The notes under the pieces were generated by a model that ran no database searches, was not told the DNA's origin, and saw only the letters and a program-made list of their open reading frames with translations. Source: Tubulanus polymorphus (Eukaryota > Animalia > Nemertea). From it: 64,000 nucleotides of DNA. Below are positions 13,946-27,775 of the stretch, piece after piece (within the stretch, counting starts at the first letter, position 1; every line of letters starts with the position of its first letter). The position numbers and the translations under genes are program-made. The stretch is taken from the NCBI RefSeq assembly GCF_964204645.1, contig NC_134034.1:6918914-6982913 (forward strand). Reading direction: 5' to 3'.

Positions 13946-15744
13946 TAAGGTCGTTTCGGAAATTTACTCGGTCCGGTACATTTTAGATTACTGTGTATGT
14001 CATTTATCAGTACATTAAAAGAGACGACGACTTAGGATACTACCTTGCGTGCCTCCACTAGTTAGACCGACTTATTCCAAGGTGACGCGTTCCGTTGATT
14101 TCGGCTACTTGTTTTCGTTCAGACATAACTGCTGAGCCATTTGAGCGAACTATCATTGATACTGTTTCCTAATAGCCTATTTAGTAATGGCTGATTATTC
14201 ACATTTTCACACTGTATCTTACTGAAAATCTATAAACTACTGTAACTTACTCCCATTCTTGGTGAAACCATATTTTATCACAAGTACTTCGTTGCATTGA
14301 CAAATACTGCACGGGTTTTCATCTGATCCTCACAGTTTAATCACTCCAACCCTCTAAACAACACAAATTATCGCCGTATTGAATAGTTCGCCATTTTAGT
14401 GGAGCGTCATGTTATTCTTGAAAGTCGAGTAAAAAATGAGTGTTGCCTATACTGTTAAAATGCCGAACAATCAAATTCAAATCGCGTACTTTATTGTTTC
14501 TTTTTCCCAATATCGTATGAGTAATATATCGAAGTGACGATGATATAATGATACGTTTTAACATAAAATAATTTATATGCTATAGTCAGTTTGGGGGTGT
14601 CATGCGGAACGATTAGTTGTCATTGGAGTCGCGTGGAGTTAGACTGGTTACCAGTATCTACCTTCAGTTACGGGAATCGGACACCACTACTCGGCAGGCT
14701 GCTCGTCACTTCGATTATCAATTCAAGTTTAAATGAGCAAATTTATTACCGCAAGACTTCACATTCAGCCACGGTCTTCAAACAGTAATTTAAACAATTA
14801 CCCATTACCCCGGGGGTTAGGAGATTGTTTTTAGGTAGCTTGAAGTATTCATTGAGTTGTACACAACCTTTAGGCCTACTGAGCTTAACTATCTCAAACA
14901 AACAAATCATAATTGTTGTAATTATTTACGGATGGATTGAACTTCAAAACAAAATGAAAAATCCGGCAACATTGATGCGATGTAGAAAAGATGTCTGTCT
15001 TCATAATCCGAAAATGAAGTTGATTTCACGAAGTGAATACCCCAGAGACCTATCCCTGTCGAATGAGGTGTAGGAATACGATGTTTAGGGGGGTTGAAAT
15101 TCAATAGGCCTAGGCCCATTCTGTCTGGATGCTAGGCCTACGCATATACATAGGCCTACTAAGTTAAGCTAAGTTTCCTGTAAAGGAGGAATCGGATGTA
15201 TTAGAATGGTATTAGTGATTCACTGGTTCTGACTTGCAATGATCAATCACAATAATCAAAGATATTTTATTGGCAAAAATGAAGATTTTTTTCTAATTTC
15301 ATCTGATCAGACGGCTTTATAAACCAAACTTATCATTTGAGTTTTTCATCATTAATGAAACCGGTATCTTATTAATTCCTGATGACTTAGTTACTACGGA
15401 GCCCCGAATGAAAGGATCTTTTGTGTTCGTTTAAACACCTTCGCCAAAAATACTTTGTTTGATCGAACCAATTTGAAAAAATCTTTCGAACACAATTGTT
15501 TTTGTTTGAAATCATTTTTTTTGGTCCGAACGTATATTGTTTGATCGAACAGAATCGTTTTCATTCGAACAATTGTATTGATGAATGGTTTCAGTAGGTA
15601 ACACACATGGTTCTCCAGTAGCCGTTTTCTTTCGAACAAAATTTTCTCGTCGCAACATAAAGTTTTTCGTTCAAACAAGTATATTGTAAAAAGTTTTTAG
15701 TTTCAACAAAAGTTATATTGTTCGATCGAACAGAATTATTTTCT

Positions 15745-16755
15745 TTTTAGCCCGCTTGGGACCTAAGTCCCAGCAGGCTATTGCGTTCACTTTTCGTCCG
15801 TTCGTCTGTCCATTCGTAGATGGAATTCAGTTATTTTGGGAAGTTTTGAAGACACTTCAATGTAATGTTTTGATATTTCGGTTACACGTGTATCTACACT
15901 AGACACATCTTCAGCCCAAAAACTGGCCCTGTCCGAATCAAGATGGCCGACTGGCAGCCATTATTGTTCGCCAAAATCAACACTTACATATTTTTGAACT
16001 TTTTGAGGGAAATTTTGAAGGCGCTTTGATCGATTACCTTGTTCTTTCGGATGTATGTGAATCCCCCCAGGGCCCATCAGCATAACAAAAATAGGGTCGA
16101 TCGGACTTAAGATGATCGTCCTATGACCTTTTTAGTGCCCAAAAATGTCAATTTTGGCCCGAATTCTGAGTCCTGTAGCTCCCTACTGGTTTGCTATTTC
16201 TCATTGCAATTTGTGATGGGTATTCTTTGAAAAGGGATGTTTTATACCTGAGGCAGGTATTTTTGATCAACCAATTATGACGCAATTGGCGGCCATCTTG
16301 GTGTCATCAGTACTTATTCGTAGGTGGGAAAAAGTTTTTCCACATTATATTGATACCTAAGCGTATTTTGTTACAATATATACAATATCTTAGTATTTCT
16401 ATATTATATTCGTATCAATGCATATTTTGTAACCACAATCAATTGCAAAGTTGTAGCTCACGACATCATCTATAATTGTGGCAAGTTTTAAGATCATAAG
16501 TTATTCTATATGGTCACCAGAGATGAATAGTAGAATTACTTAGTATTTCCTTATTATATTGGTACCTAGGCATATTTTGTTTCCATGATCAATTACAAAG
16601 TTATAGTTCGTGACATGTTCTATGATTGTGGTGAGTTTCAAGGTCATTGGGTTTTGAATATGGTCACCAGGGGACGTTGAATATTGAAATTGTTAGATTG
16701 TTGAGCATTTGGAACCACTTCCCAAGTGGGCATGGTGTCCCTGGACCCCTAGTTT
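15745..16755 (+). mobile_element. HINE-like family with ~151-bp internal repeats, complete copy
   Basis: 5' subTIR gcccgcttggga and 3' tcccaagtgggc, then the terminal stem ggtgtccctggaccc; cgtc-type microsatellite near the 5' end. A head fragment also lies at ~2337-2415. Confidence 0.8.
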
Positions 16756-16844
16756 ACAGATGACATATCAGCGTACGTACAACAAATAATTTGACTCTTC
16801 TCACCTGTACAGTTTTGTACGCATCAGACATAAAGAAATCAGAA

Positions 16845-17672
16845 GTTTTTCCACATTATGTACGTTGATACCTAAGCATATTTTTTACCACAATCACTTG
16901 AACAGTTGCACCTCATAACATGTTCCATGATTGTGGTGAGTTTCAATGTCATTGGTTTTGGTATGTGGCCATCAGGGATGTTGAATAGTACAGTAACTTA
17001 GTATTTCTATATTATATTTGTACCTATGCATATTTTGTTACCACAATCAATTGGATAGTTGTTGCTCATGACGTGGTCTATAATTGTGGTGAGTTCAAGG
17101 TAATTGCTATTTGTATATGGCCACCAGGGTGTATTGAATGATACAATTACTTAGTATTTGTATCTATGCATATTCTGTTACCACAATCATTTGGAAAGTT
17201 GTAGCTCATGACATGTTCTATGATTAAGGTGAGTTTCAAGGTCATTGGTTTTGTATATGGCCACCAGGAGGCATTGAACAATACAATAACATAGTATGCC
17301 CTTATTCTATTGGTGCCTTGGTTTATTTTGTTACCATGACCCAATTGAATGACCCAATTGAAAAGTTGAAGCTCATGACACGTTCTATGATTATGGTTAG
17401 TTTCAAAGTCATTGGCTTTGCATATGGTCACCAGGGGGGCGCTGTATAGTAGAATAACTTAGTATTTCCCTATCATAGTGGTAACTTGGCATATTTTGTT
17501 ACCACAATCAATTCCAAAATCGTAGCTGCTGACATGTTCTATGATTTTGGTGAATTTCAAGGTCATTTTTTTTTTCAAGGTCATTGGATAGGGGCATTGA
17601 ATATTGAAATTGTTAGATTTGTTGAACATTTGAAGCCACTTCCAAGTGGGCATGGTGTCCCTGGACACCCTT
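16845..17672 (+). mobile_element. Same HINE-like family, 3' portion
   Basis: ~151-bp units (tatgattgtggtgagtttcaaggtcattgg) ending in ccaagtgggcatggtgtccctggac. Confidence 0.75.
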
Positions 17673-18402
17673 AATTATCAATCCAAAAAGGAAAGTGCAT
17701 ATTTTTACAAGACGAGGCATACATTTTTCAACAAAAGGTTTACCACCTTTGAGCAACCGGAGGTCTTTATGTATAAACTTTAGTTACTTCTGGTTAAAAG
17801 GTCGCATATAGTACAATTTTGATTGTATTTTGCCTGTTCAATGCCTTCAATACCTTTCTAGGCCAGGATTTATTTTTATCGTCAGTTGCGACATTTTTTT
17901 TAGAAAAAATAAAAGATCTTGAAAAATATGATTAGTCTATTATCTACAGTCAGATGCAGGGCTGATTTTTTCCAGGGGGTTCTACTTGCGGAAAAAAGGT
18001 GAATGTCACCCATAAAGACACCTAAGATGGTGATGGTGGTGGTGGTGGGCCGGACTGTGCGACCGCCTCGGGGTGAGAAATTTTGATAATTTACCTGTTT
18101 TTAGGTCAAAATATGAAACATAAACATAGACAGATCACGGGAAAACTTGTAAAAAAGAGTATTATCCACGAAAAACAAGGGGGTTCTGGGGGTCCTCCCC
18201 TAGAGATTTTGTGAAAATATAATGTTTTTTATGCCAATGAAGTCCTGATACAAATTGTGCTTTTTAGGAAATTCACTGCATAAGTTCTAGTTTCAAGAAA
18301 AAAAGATGAAATCATGAAGAATGGTGAACCTTTTTGTTGAAAAAACCATAACCTTTCCAGCTATATTAAGCTAACCCTCTTAATTGTTATGTACCATTGT
18401 AG

Positions 18403-18609
18403 ATAGAGCATGATAAGTGGAGTACGCTGAATAATTACTACAAAGATCGGCGAAAAGCAATAATTAATGATTGGCATCGTGATCGTGCAGAGTTACTGAA
18501 CAAAATTAAGAATACTTTTGCTGACTTACGTCTTATTTATGATAGAGCTCATGCCTTGGAATGTGACAGACAAAAGCAAACAGAAATATGCAGATCACTT
18601 AGAGAAAAG
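18403..18609 (+). CDS. CCDC148: CCDC148-like internal exon B
   Basis: Bounded by ttgtag| and |gtaaaa; 207 bp, phase 0-0. Encodes IEHDKWSTLNNYYKDRRKAIINDWHRDRAELL...RQKQTEICRSLREK, collinear with CCDC148 VEHEKY...QQELCADLKAK. Confidence 0.85.
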
Positions 18610-18672
18610 GTAAAAACTTTTGCAAAGTTTGAGAGTTGCATCGACTTTTTCGTCATCTTTTTGGAAATATTA

Positions 18673-19448
18673 AAATGAATGAGGAAGTCCCGAAATTCTG
18701 ACATTGCAATCCATGCCGGCAATCCGACATACCACGATCCTAGCACCTCTCTACAAATTATAAGGGAATTATTAGGAACCGGGCACCCGATCCCGGCACC
18801 TCTGTACAGGGATACATTAGGAACCGAATGCCCACGATACCTGCACCTATCTACAGGGGAATATTAGGAACCTAAAGCCCCACGATCCCGGCACCTCTCT
18901 ACAGGGGAATATTAGGAACCAAAAGGAATGTCGGGAGTCTCGATATTCCGGCACTCTTGAGACACCGGCACTCCCAACACACCAGCAATCCCGACATCCC
19001 GGGGCTCCCGACATTCCGACACACCGTCACTCCGGCAATCCTGCAGGCCGACATACAGACATTCCAGTCATTATTTAACCTGGTCAGTTGTATTGAAAAC
19101 ATTTATTGAAAGGCTTGGGCGTTTAGTTCCTAATATTCCCCTGTAGACAGGTGTCGGGATCGTGGACATATGGTTCCTAATATTCCCCTGTAGAGATGCT
19201 GGGATCGTGGGCGTTCGGTTCCTAATATTCTCCTGTATAGAGGAGCTGGGAACGTGGGGCTTAAGGTTCCAAATATTTCCGTGTAGATATGTGCAGAGAT
19301 CATGGGCATTTGGTTCCTTATGTATCAGGGATCGGGTGTCCGGTTCCTAATAATTCCCTAATAATTTGTAGAGAGGTGCTAGGATCGTGGTATGTCGGAT
19401 TGCCGGTTTGGATTGCAATGTCAGCATTTTGGACTGCCTCATTCATTT
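18673..19448. mobile_element. Foldback/MITE with long modular TIRs
   Basis: Ends aaatgaatgagg / cctcattcattt. The inverted arms (~250-330 bp) are built from ~46-bp subrepeats (taggaacc...cacgatcc..gcacctctctacaggggaata). No clear TSD. Confidence 0.8.
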
Positions 19449-19849
19449 GAATTAAGCTTCTGCAATAAGGGACTTTATTACCATATTTTTACTTGATCCG
19501 GTTCAACTTTAGTTGAGAATGAATACGCCACCTCAAGTGAAGTGAATACGCCAATTTAAGTGACCTGAATACGCCGCCTCAAGTGACGTAAACAGCCTAG
19601 AGGCCGAGTGTTGACCGATTGTTTTTAAACTTGGTACACAAGTAGGGTATCACTTGCACCAGAAGCCAATTTAAAATTGGGTCGATTCGATTCAAATTAT
19701 TGCCACCAGGGGGCTGACATGAAAGGTGGTGATTGTTGACCGATTAATTTCAACCTTTCGGTACTTAAGGTACACAAGTAAGTAATAACAAAATCAGGGT
19801 TTCATACCAGAGTACGACTCGCCACCACAAGTAATTTTTTTTTTATAAA

Positions 19850-20430
19850 TGGGAGACAGAAAAGCTTCTTAGCATCAATAAATAGCAGAATAAAACCATC
19901 AAAAAACAATTTGAAATTAGTCGATGTTTCACAAGAAATTAATTGAACATAAAATATTAGAATTAGAAAAAATAAAAACTGAATATGGTGAAAAAAAGGC
20001 AAATTTGAGTTATTTTAGCGTAAATACAACACGTGAATTCAAAGTATTTTTACCTAATAAATGGGTTTCATTAAATAAAGATGAATTAAAAGATTTAGAA
20101 GGATTTAAGATAATTCATCATGGAAGAAATGGAGATGGCCATCATGATTTAGAATTGTTGAAAAAATGTTTTTAAATTAATAATGAAAAATAGAAAAAAG
20201 AATCAAAAATGTTTTTTGTTGCTTTTTTTCACACTTAAAAACGAGGTTACATTGAGGAGTAAAAATTGATTGAATCTTTAAAATAAAAGCTGAGGTTAAA
20301 ATGAGAAGTAAAAGTTAAATGAACTTTTAAGATTAAAAACGAGGTTAAAATGAGGAGTAAAAAATTAATGAAGTTTTTAAATTAAAAACGAGGTGATAAT
20401 GAGGAGTAAAAATTTATTGAATCTTTAAAA
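19850..20430 (+). other. AT-rich virus-like/transposon fragment: small frameshifted ORF plus four ~53-bp tandem repeats
   Basis: ORF 19924..20175 (KIKTEYG...FKVFLPNKW...IIHHG) aligns with ORF 57379..57609. Repeats ttaaaaacgaggtt...gaggagtaaaa lie at 20235-20430. Confidence 0.5.
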
Positions 20431-20519
20431 TGAAATAAAGCTGCAAATAGTGATAACGGGTTTTCTGCACAGTCTTGTTATCCTGTTCAACGGTCAACAC
20501 AGTTTTATAAAAGGAAGGT

Positions 20520-21010
20520 CGACAAACAGTCAATTATACCTACTTGGTGCCATGGACGACCCGACCAGATGGTCTTATTTGACTCTGGAAAATCGACTGT
20601 TGGGCCTTAATTAGTCTTTATGGATTTGGCCACAAATCATTTGATAAGGTACATCAGCCATTACTAAATAAGCTATTGGGAAACAGTATCAATGATGGGT
20701 CGCTCAAATGGCCCAGCAGTTATCTCCAAACAAAAACAGGTGGAAATCAACGGAACGCCTCATCTTGGAATACGTTTGTCTAACTATGGGAGTCACGCAA
20801 GGTAGAATCCTAAGTCCTCTTCTCTTCACTGTCGTGATAAATTATATACACAGCAATCCAACATGTACCGGACCGAGTAAATTTCCAAAACGATCTAAAC
20901 AAGCTGTGTTCGGTACATGGTCAGGAACATGGTAGATGGGCCTAAACTCAAAAGGCATGATATGGATATTGGATACAAAGAAAACCAAGGTTCAGATTAT
21001 ACCCTTGTGT
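20520..21010 (+). mobile_element. Highly decayed CR1/L2-type reverse transcriptase fragment
   Basis: KSFDKVHQPLLNKL and GVTQGRILSPLLFTVVIN resemble the LINE RT motifs KAFDxVxH and GVPQGSxLxPLLF. Confidence 0.65.
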
Positions 21011-21769
21011 TCAAGTGAAAAGATTATTTTGTTTGAATACAGATTATTCATTATAACGAAAAGACCATTTAGTTCCATCAAAATTTTGTTGTTTGGAACG
21101 AAAAACGCTTCGATCGGACAATATACTTGTACGTACAAAAAACTTAATGTTCCAATCAGAAAATTTCGTTAGAATGAAAACGACTCTGTTCGATCGAACG
21201 ATATGCTTTTCATTCAAACAAAAACTTTTCTTCGTTTCGTCAAAAAATTTGTTCGAATGAAACACGATGTTATTGTTCAAACAAAAAACTTTTAGTCCTA
21301 GCAAAAAAAAAATTTGTTGAGCGAAAACAATTTTATTCGAATGAATGTCTGAATGAAAATGATTCTGTTCAATCGAACGAGAAACCTTTCGTTAAAAAAA
21401 AATGTTTCCGAACGAAAACAACTTTTTCGGCGAAACTTTCAATGAAAATCTTCATTTTTGCCAATAAAATATCGTTGATAATTGTGATCATATCGGCATT
21501 TCTGGAATGCCGATGTGATACTTGCTTTACTGTCTCTAAATATTTTCCAAACCAAGGTCTTTCCTTTTCCATAAGATCCTCCGCATGTATCACAGCTTGA
21601 AAGATAGTAAAATTCACTATGTACAGTCTTTTAGAGTATATCCATCATACGTATCATGACTGAGAAGTAACATACCTATAAAACTATTACGAAGTGTGGG
21701 ATTTTTGCGATTGACTAGATTGTTTTATATATTACAGTTTAGCATTACAAACAGTAAATCTAGATTAAA

Positions 21770-23900
21770 ACTAATGCATACCTGTAAATGACTGGTAACC
21801 TGGAAGTGCAGCAACCATATCATCACCAAGTACTCTATGGACCGCTACCAATGAAACTTTCCTCCGGTTTGATACTGCTCCGATTTCAACTTTTGGTTTT
21901 AACCCAAGTTTACGAAACATATACAGGGCAACAATGAACACATCACTATCTGGTGTCATAATTGTGATAGTCACAAGCCCATTATTCTTCAAGTTTAACC
22001 CCATGCCATATTATTATATTGTCTGCTTCCTCGTGTTTATTGTCATAATCTGACACATCTCTGAAATTTGATGCTGTACCCTTGCTGTACCCTTCCTGAG
22101 TTTGCCAACTGGTGTGTCATCTGTGCACAAACTGAATTTACCATCGAAAGTGTTTCCCCGCTTCGATGTTTGCGTTTCCCTTTAATGATCTATCAAGTAT
22201 CTATCAAATATAAAAAGTGTCCCATCATAGTGTCTGGATCTTGACTTAATGATGTTAATGTAGAATTTGGCAACATCAAGTCAAGTGTTGAACTCTGTTG
22301 TTCCAAGCTCTTGCACAATGACCATTCCAACAATTATTATAACTATTATTAAACATAAGGGAACAGTCTTCTTTTACTTCATCTTTAGCAGCCAACTTTT
22401 TTTGTCTTTTTCGTATCACTCCACTTTTTGAGATTTAGTTTTTTCATCTTAGCCCAGTTGTTACCACTCTTAATCTTTTCCTCGACATAGTTTTTTAATG
22501 CTGCAGATGCTGTCATCCTGATAGTATACCTTCTTGCATTTCAACTGGAATGACCACCTTGGAATAAATGTTGTACAGGTGGTCAGTTGCTTCAATTGTG
22601 ATGCTGTTTGCAAGTGCTTCATGGAGTGTATTTACTGCAGCATTCTCACGTGGAGTTATCCTACTTGAAGATTCATGGTGTAAATTAACTGCATAATTTG
22701 TCGAATGACATGCGATGCTGTCAGCTTCCTGGCTTAGATGAACGAGGTCTGGAAGAAAAACCTTTTTAGAGCATCTTCTCTTTAATTCCTCGTATTCCAC
22801 CTAACACTTTCATCTTCCTATTTTCTTGCTCCAAAGCATGATCTACACCAAGGAGGCAGAATGGCGCATTAGATTTTTTACACAGAAATGTCCGCCCTGG
22901 AAAAACTTCGATATCTCAGGATCTGTTATCTCTAGGCTTCTTATTTTAGCTATGTATCCTGGAACGTGCTGGGCATATTGTCTGTACTTCCCAAAGAAGT
23001 AAATGCATAGCTGCTCCATTGCTATCAAATGCATATCTTAATCCACGTTTATTCATTCCACTACAACTTCACACTAGAACTAAATAAATAACACGACATA
23101 TAGATATAACGACTAAAAATAAATAACTCTATAATAAATTAATTATATATACTACTTATGGCTCACAAGCCTTCTATCAACACTATATTCCTGCACAGCC
23201 TACTGCTATGTACAAAACTCACAAATCCCCCCATATCAAATCCTACCCAATACTTATATAACCAAACCCACCCATGCCCAATAAACACATACTGAAAACC
23301 CAAAAACCATGACACAACTTATATACCACAGCACCACTGGAGAATACATACTAGAAAATGCATACAGAATAAAACCAATATCACTCACACATAAGTAAAT
23401 CAATAAATAAATAAATTAATAAATAAAGCAAACACTGAAACCGTCACAGCACTTCTAGTTGGTTTTAGTGTCTTTTTTGTTACTTTATCAGTAAAACCAT
23501 TATTTGAAAAGATTTCGGAATACTGCTCTGTAAGGGAATTTATTGGGAGATGTGCATTTGGTCGAGACAACCGTAACTTCAGTCCATTATAGAATTCAAT
23601 ATTTGTTGCACTTCTGGGCCACAGTCTTAATCACTTTGATTCCTTTGCACATAAATGATACTGTAAGTGACAACCTGATGAAGTAAGAGACGGGAACTTG
23701 ATGTAAAGTTGAGTGTTCAAACTTCTTATCACAGCAGCCTGTATTTTGTCTACATTTTTTTCTTCATCCCAGGGATATGGTGTATAGCTTTTCACTAAAC
23801 GTGCCACAGAAAAAAAAGCGTCTGGTTCAAACAAGTTTTGCTGCGATCTAAGGGTATCACTTTGCTTAACGTCCTCTTTGGTTTGAAGTTGTAAAACAAC
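21770..23900 (-). pseudogene. Decayed AcademX-like transposase with XPG/PIN-like nuclease region
   Basis: - strand fragments in order: HLIAMEQLCIYFF...QYAQHVPGY...FQGGHFCV, GVDHALEQENRKMKVLGGIRG, FIFDRY, KHEEADNIIIWH, TPDSDVFIVAL, ALPGYQSFTG. Many stops and frameshifts; interrupted at ~23040-23445. Confidence 0.7.
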
Positions 23901-25259
23901 TTCTAACCATAGTTATCGTACCGACGAAAGAAGTTTGTCGAAAAATGGCATCGGAGAAAACAAAACATAAAGTCGTGATTCGGTCAAATAGTTCTGCAAT
24001 ACATCAGCCATATACATCGATGATACCTGTTAAAAGCTACCATTCTGTTAAATGTACAAAAGAAGTTTCTTAATTTCAATTGTTTCTTAAATTCCAAATT
24101 TTGTAATTTGAGTCCGATTTTAATCAAGTGCGTAGGGATACATTAGGAATAGCAAGTGATTGACAAGTAAGCTGCACCATGTTTAACAGCGTCGATTGTT
24201 GGTTGTGTCGTGGATTACTCATATCCGTATGAAGTATTAAGGTGAGTGTCAGTGATTGGTGTGTATAGTTTATTCCTCATGAATGCATGGAGGGCCTTTG
24301 AATTGTGTGAATAGACATTCATAGCATTGAGAATGACTGCTATGGTCTGCAGTACTGGTACACGCGCGCTGTTGCCGACATCGGCCTCCTCTTCGAAAAT
24401 TATGAAAAAAATATACCTCCAAAGAAATGTATTTAGCGTCGGATATTGTGTCGAGAATTTCAGATTGATAGATTTTCATATCTTCCAACCACACAGGGGC
24501 CGTATCTCATAGAATTGAAGTACCGTACAATGGTGCCGATCGGGTACTGTAAAAACGATAATCCATTTATCCTTTGTCTTTAATGTGTATAAATATTATT
24601 ATACATCATAGGCACAGAATTATTAGATTATCGATTTACATGTACCCACAACTGGAAAGCTCTGTGCAGCATGTATATATAAAACATTGTATTCATTGCC
24701 TATGCCTGTAGATGACAGCAGCCAATGAGTCATTGGAAAAACCCATTCCATGTATTGATCTACTGCTGCTCATAATAGTCCGTGGCTCCACTTCGCGAGA
24801 TACTGTAGCTCTTCATATGTGGTTGATAAATCAATTACCTAGAAAAACGTTTCTTTTTGGAAAATATTCTGGAAAGCAGGTCCATTTTTCCTGGGAAAAG
24901 AAGTATTCCTAAAATTGGTCGGGTCTGGTGTATGAACCAATTAAGTTTCGCGCCTCGCGCCTCAATTTGTCGATGACGTCGGATATGAACAATAACATTA
25001 CCACGTGCGCAATGCAAACAGACAAATGAGAAAAAAATATTTGAATACATACATGTATTTGATTAGGCGTAACAGAGATTCCTTTGACTTTTGATGAATT
25101 ATTTTAACTTAAGCCAGCTAGTGGGTGGAATAATTCAATAGTCTCCACATTTTATTCCACAAAGTCTCAAATAATTTCTGCCGACCTTTATTATTCTGCG
25201 CATGATATTAGATTTTTCTTTATTTTTAGGATATGAAAAACAAAGAATCATTTGGCAGG

Positions 25260-27775
25260 TACATTTCATGACTGATCACACTCTCTGCGATAAGGTCACG
25301 GATGTCAACAAAAGGCTTCGAGAAGTTTGTGAATCTAATTTGTGTTTTAATTGTCTGGGCAAGCACCGGGCCATTTGGTGTCGTTCAAAAAAACGTTGAA
25401 AAAAATGTTCGCAAAATCATCATACGTCTTTGTGTGGTGCCGTGTTCTCGAATCGTGTTAATCCTGTGAAGCGAATCATTCATTCATCAATTGGAGTGCA
25501 CACGGTATCGACCTATGATCAACCTTCTTCAAACGTCGCGTCATCATCAAATCATGTTCCAGTATCCTCAGAGCTTTGCAAATGTTAGTCCGAAAATTTG
25601 CTTGAAAACCACGGTCGTCTCGTTGCAGTCAGAAAGCGTAAATTTGGACGCGAATTTATTATTTGATGACGGATCTCAAAGGACCTTCGTCACAGAGAAA
25701 TTGGTTAGAGAGTTGGGTGTACAACCAATTGGCAAAGAATTAATTAGTATTGGTAGTTTTGGTTCTAACGTGCCGAGTAATCAAGAAGTTGACGTAGTTA
25801 GCATTAAAGTTTTATGCAATGATAATTCAATAGAAATAATCGAAGCTTTAGTCATCCCCTTGATTACTTGACCCTTAGTTAATTTCCAATTAAATCTATG
25901 CAAAATTCCGGAATTCAATGGGTTAAGGTTGGCACGTTTTTGTACATCTAATAACTCAAAGTTTGAGATTGATATTCTAATCGGTAGTGATTACTATTAC
26001 AAATTCATTCAGTCCAATCTAATTAAATCTTCAGCTGGACCTGTAGCATTAGATTCCAGATTAGGGTACATTATATCTGGACCTGTATTTTATGAATTTA
26101 ATTCTAGTCGTTCTGAGACCAATCAGCTAATGAGCGTTGTTTTTGAACCTGAAGAGAATTATTGAGTCTTGAAACTATTGGTATACAACCACCTACACTG
26201 CAAGAGAATTTTTTTTGAAAACTATTGTACCAATTATATTTCGAAGTCAGATAATATGTACATTGCCAGATTGCCCTGGAAAGAATCGCAAGGCAATTTA
26301 CCAAATAATTTTGGTCTAGTTAATTCCAGAACACTTTCATTAGCTCGTCGATTAGCTAAAACTCCAGATATGCTGGACAAATATCATGGCATAATTAAGT
26401 ATCAATTAGAGCGGGAATTTATAGAGAAAGTTGATTCTAATGACTGTGTATATTATGATAAGTTACATTATTTGCCTCATCATCCCGTTTTCAGACAATC
26501 CAGTACAACTCCTATACGAATTGTTTTTGACTGCAGTAGTCGTCAGACCAATAACACGTAGTCTTAATGATTGTCTAGAATCAGGTCCTTTATTGAATGA
26601 TATTTCTTCAATTCTAATACGCTTTAGATTGTCAATATACGGGATTGTTTCTGACATTGAAAAGGCTTTCCTTCATGTTGGCTTGCATAGTGCTGACAGA
26701 GACTTAACTCGATTTTTATGGTTGAGCGATCTAAATGATCCAGAAAGTGAATTTGAAACTTTCAGATTTAAGAGGGTATTATTTGGAGCCACTTGTTCCC
26801 CGTTTATCTTGAACAGTGTTATTATTTACCATTTACGGGCTAGTGGTGGATTATTTTCAAATAAAATTTTACGTGACATTTATGTCGATAACATAATAAC
26901 TAGTATTTCTAGCACTGTAGATGTAGTGAAATTTTATGATGAATGTAGATCTATGAAGTCATCGACAAGTTTCAATTTTCGGTCATGGGCTTTAAATTGT
27001 TCAGAATTGAATAGTTAAGCTTCAGAACATGGTATTTTGGATACCTCGGAAAATGTCAAATTTAAGGGATGAATTGGAATCCGGTTTTGGATAAATTTTC
27101 GTTTCCGCATAGTGAATTGCCTTTTAAATCTCCTGTAACCAAAAAGAATATCTTACACTCGATAGCATCTATATTTGACCCATTTAGGTATTTGAATCCT
27201 GTGACTATACGTGCAAAGATTTTGTTACAGGACATCTGTAAGGCAGGACTTGATTGGGATTCTGAACTTCCATGTGAAATTGTTGAAAAATGAGGTTCTA
27301 TCCGTAAAGATTTAAACGCGTCTCTCAAGTTGGATTTCAATCGTTGATATTTTTGTGGTGATATTTTAGAGCCCGATCTTCATGTATTTGGGGATTCTAG
27401 CTCACATGCTTATGGTACAGTAGCTTTTTTGAAAGGTGATAAAGATTCGGCTTTCATTATGTCAAAGAATAAAGTTTCGCCCTTGAATGGTATGTCAATT
27501 CCAAAACTCGAATTAATGGCTGCGACAATAAGTCCAAGATTGTGCAACCATGTCAAAAAATCTTTGGAGCCTGTACTGAAATCACCATGAAAAGTATTTG
27601 TATGTTCTGATAGTCAAGTAGTTCTCAGCTGGATTCGAAACGAGAAAAACCAACCTACATTCTCTCAAAATCGAGTGAATGATATACGGAAAATTACTGA
27701 TATAAATGATTGGCATTATGTATCGAATGTCTGTTTCGAATCCAGCTGATATACTCACACGCGGTATAAGTGGCT
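25260..27775 (+). mobile_element. Decayed BEL/Pao LTR retrotransposon gag-pol (no LTRs or integrase seen)
   Basis: Gag CCHC CFNCLGKH...C...HHTSLC; protease LFDDGSQRTF and DILIGSDYY; RT YLPHHPVFR, SDIEKAFL, FGATCSPF, YVDN; RNase H HVFGDSS, IPKLELMAA, SDSQVVLSWI, NPADILTRG. Confidence 0.93.
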
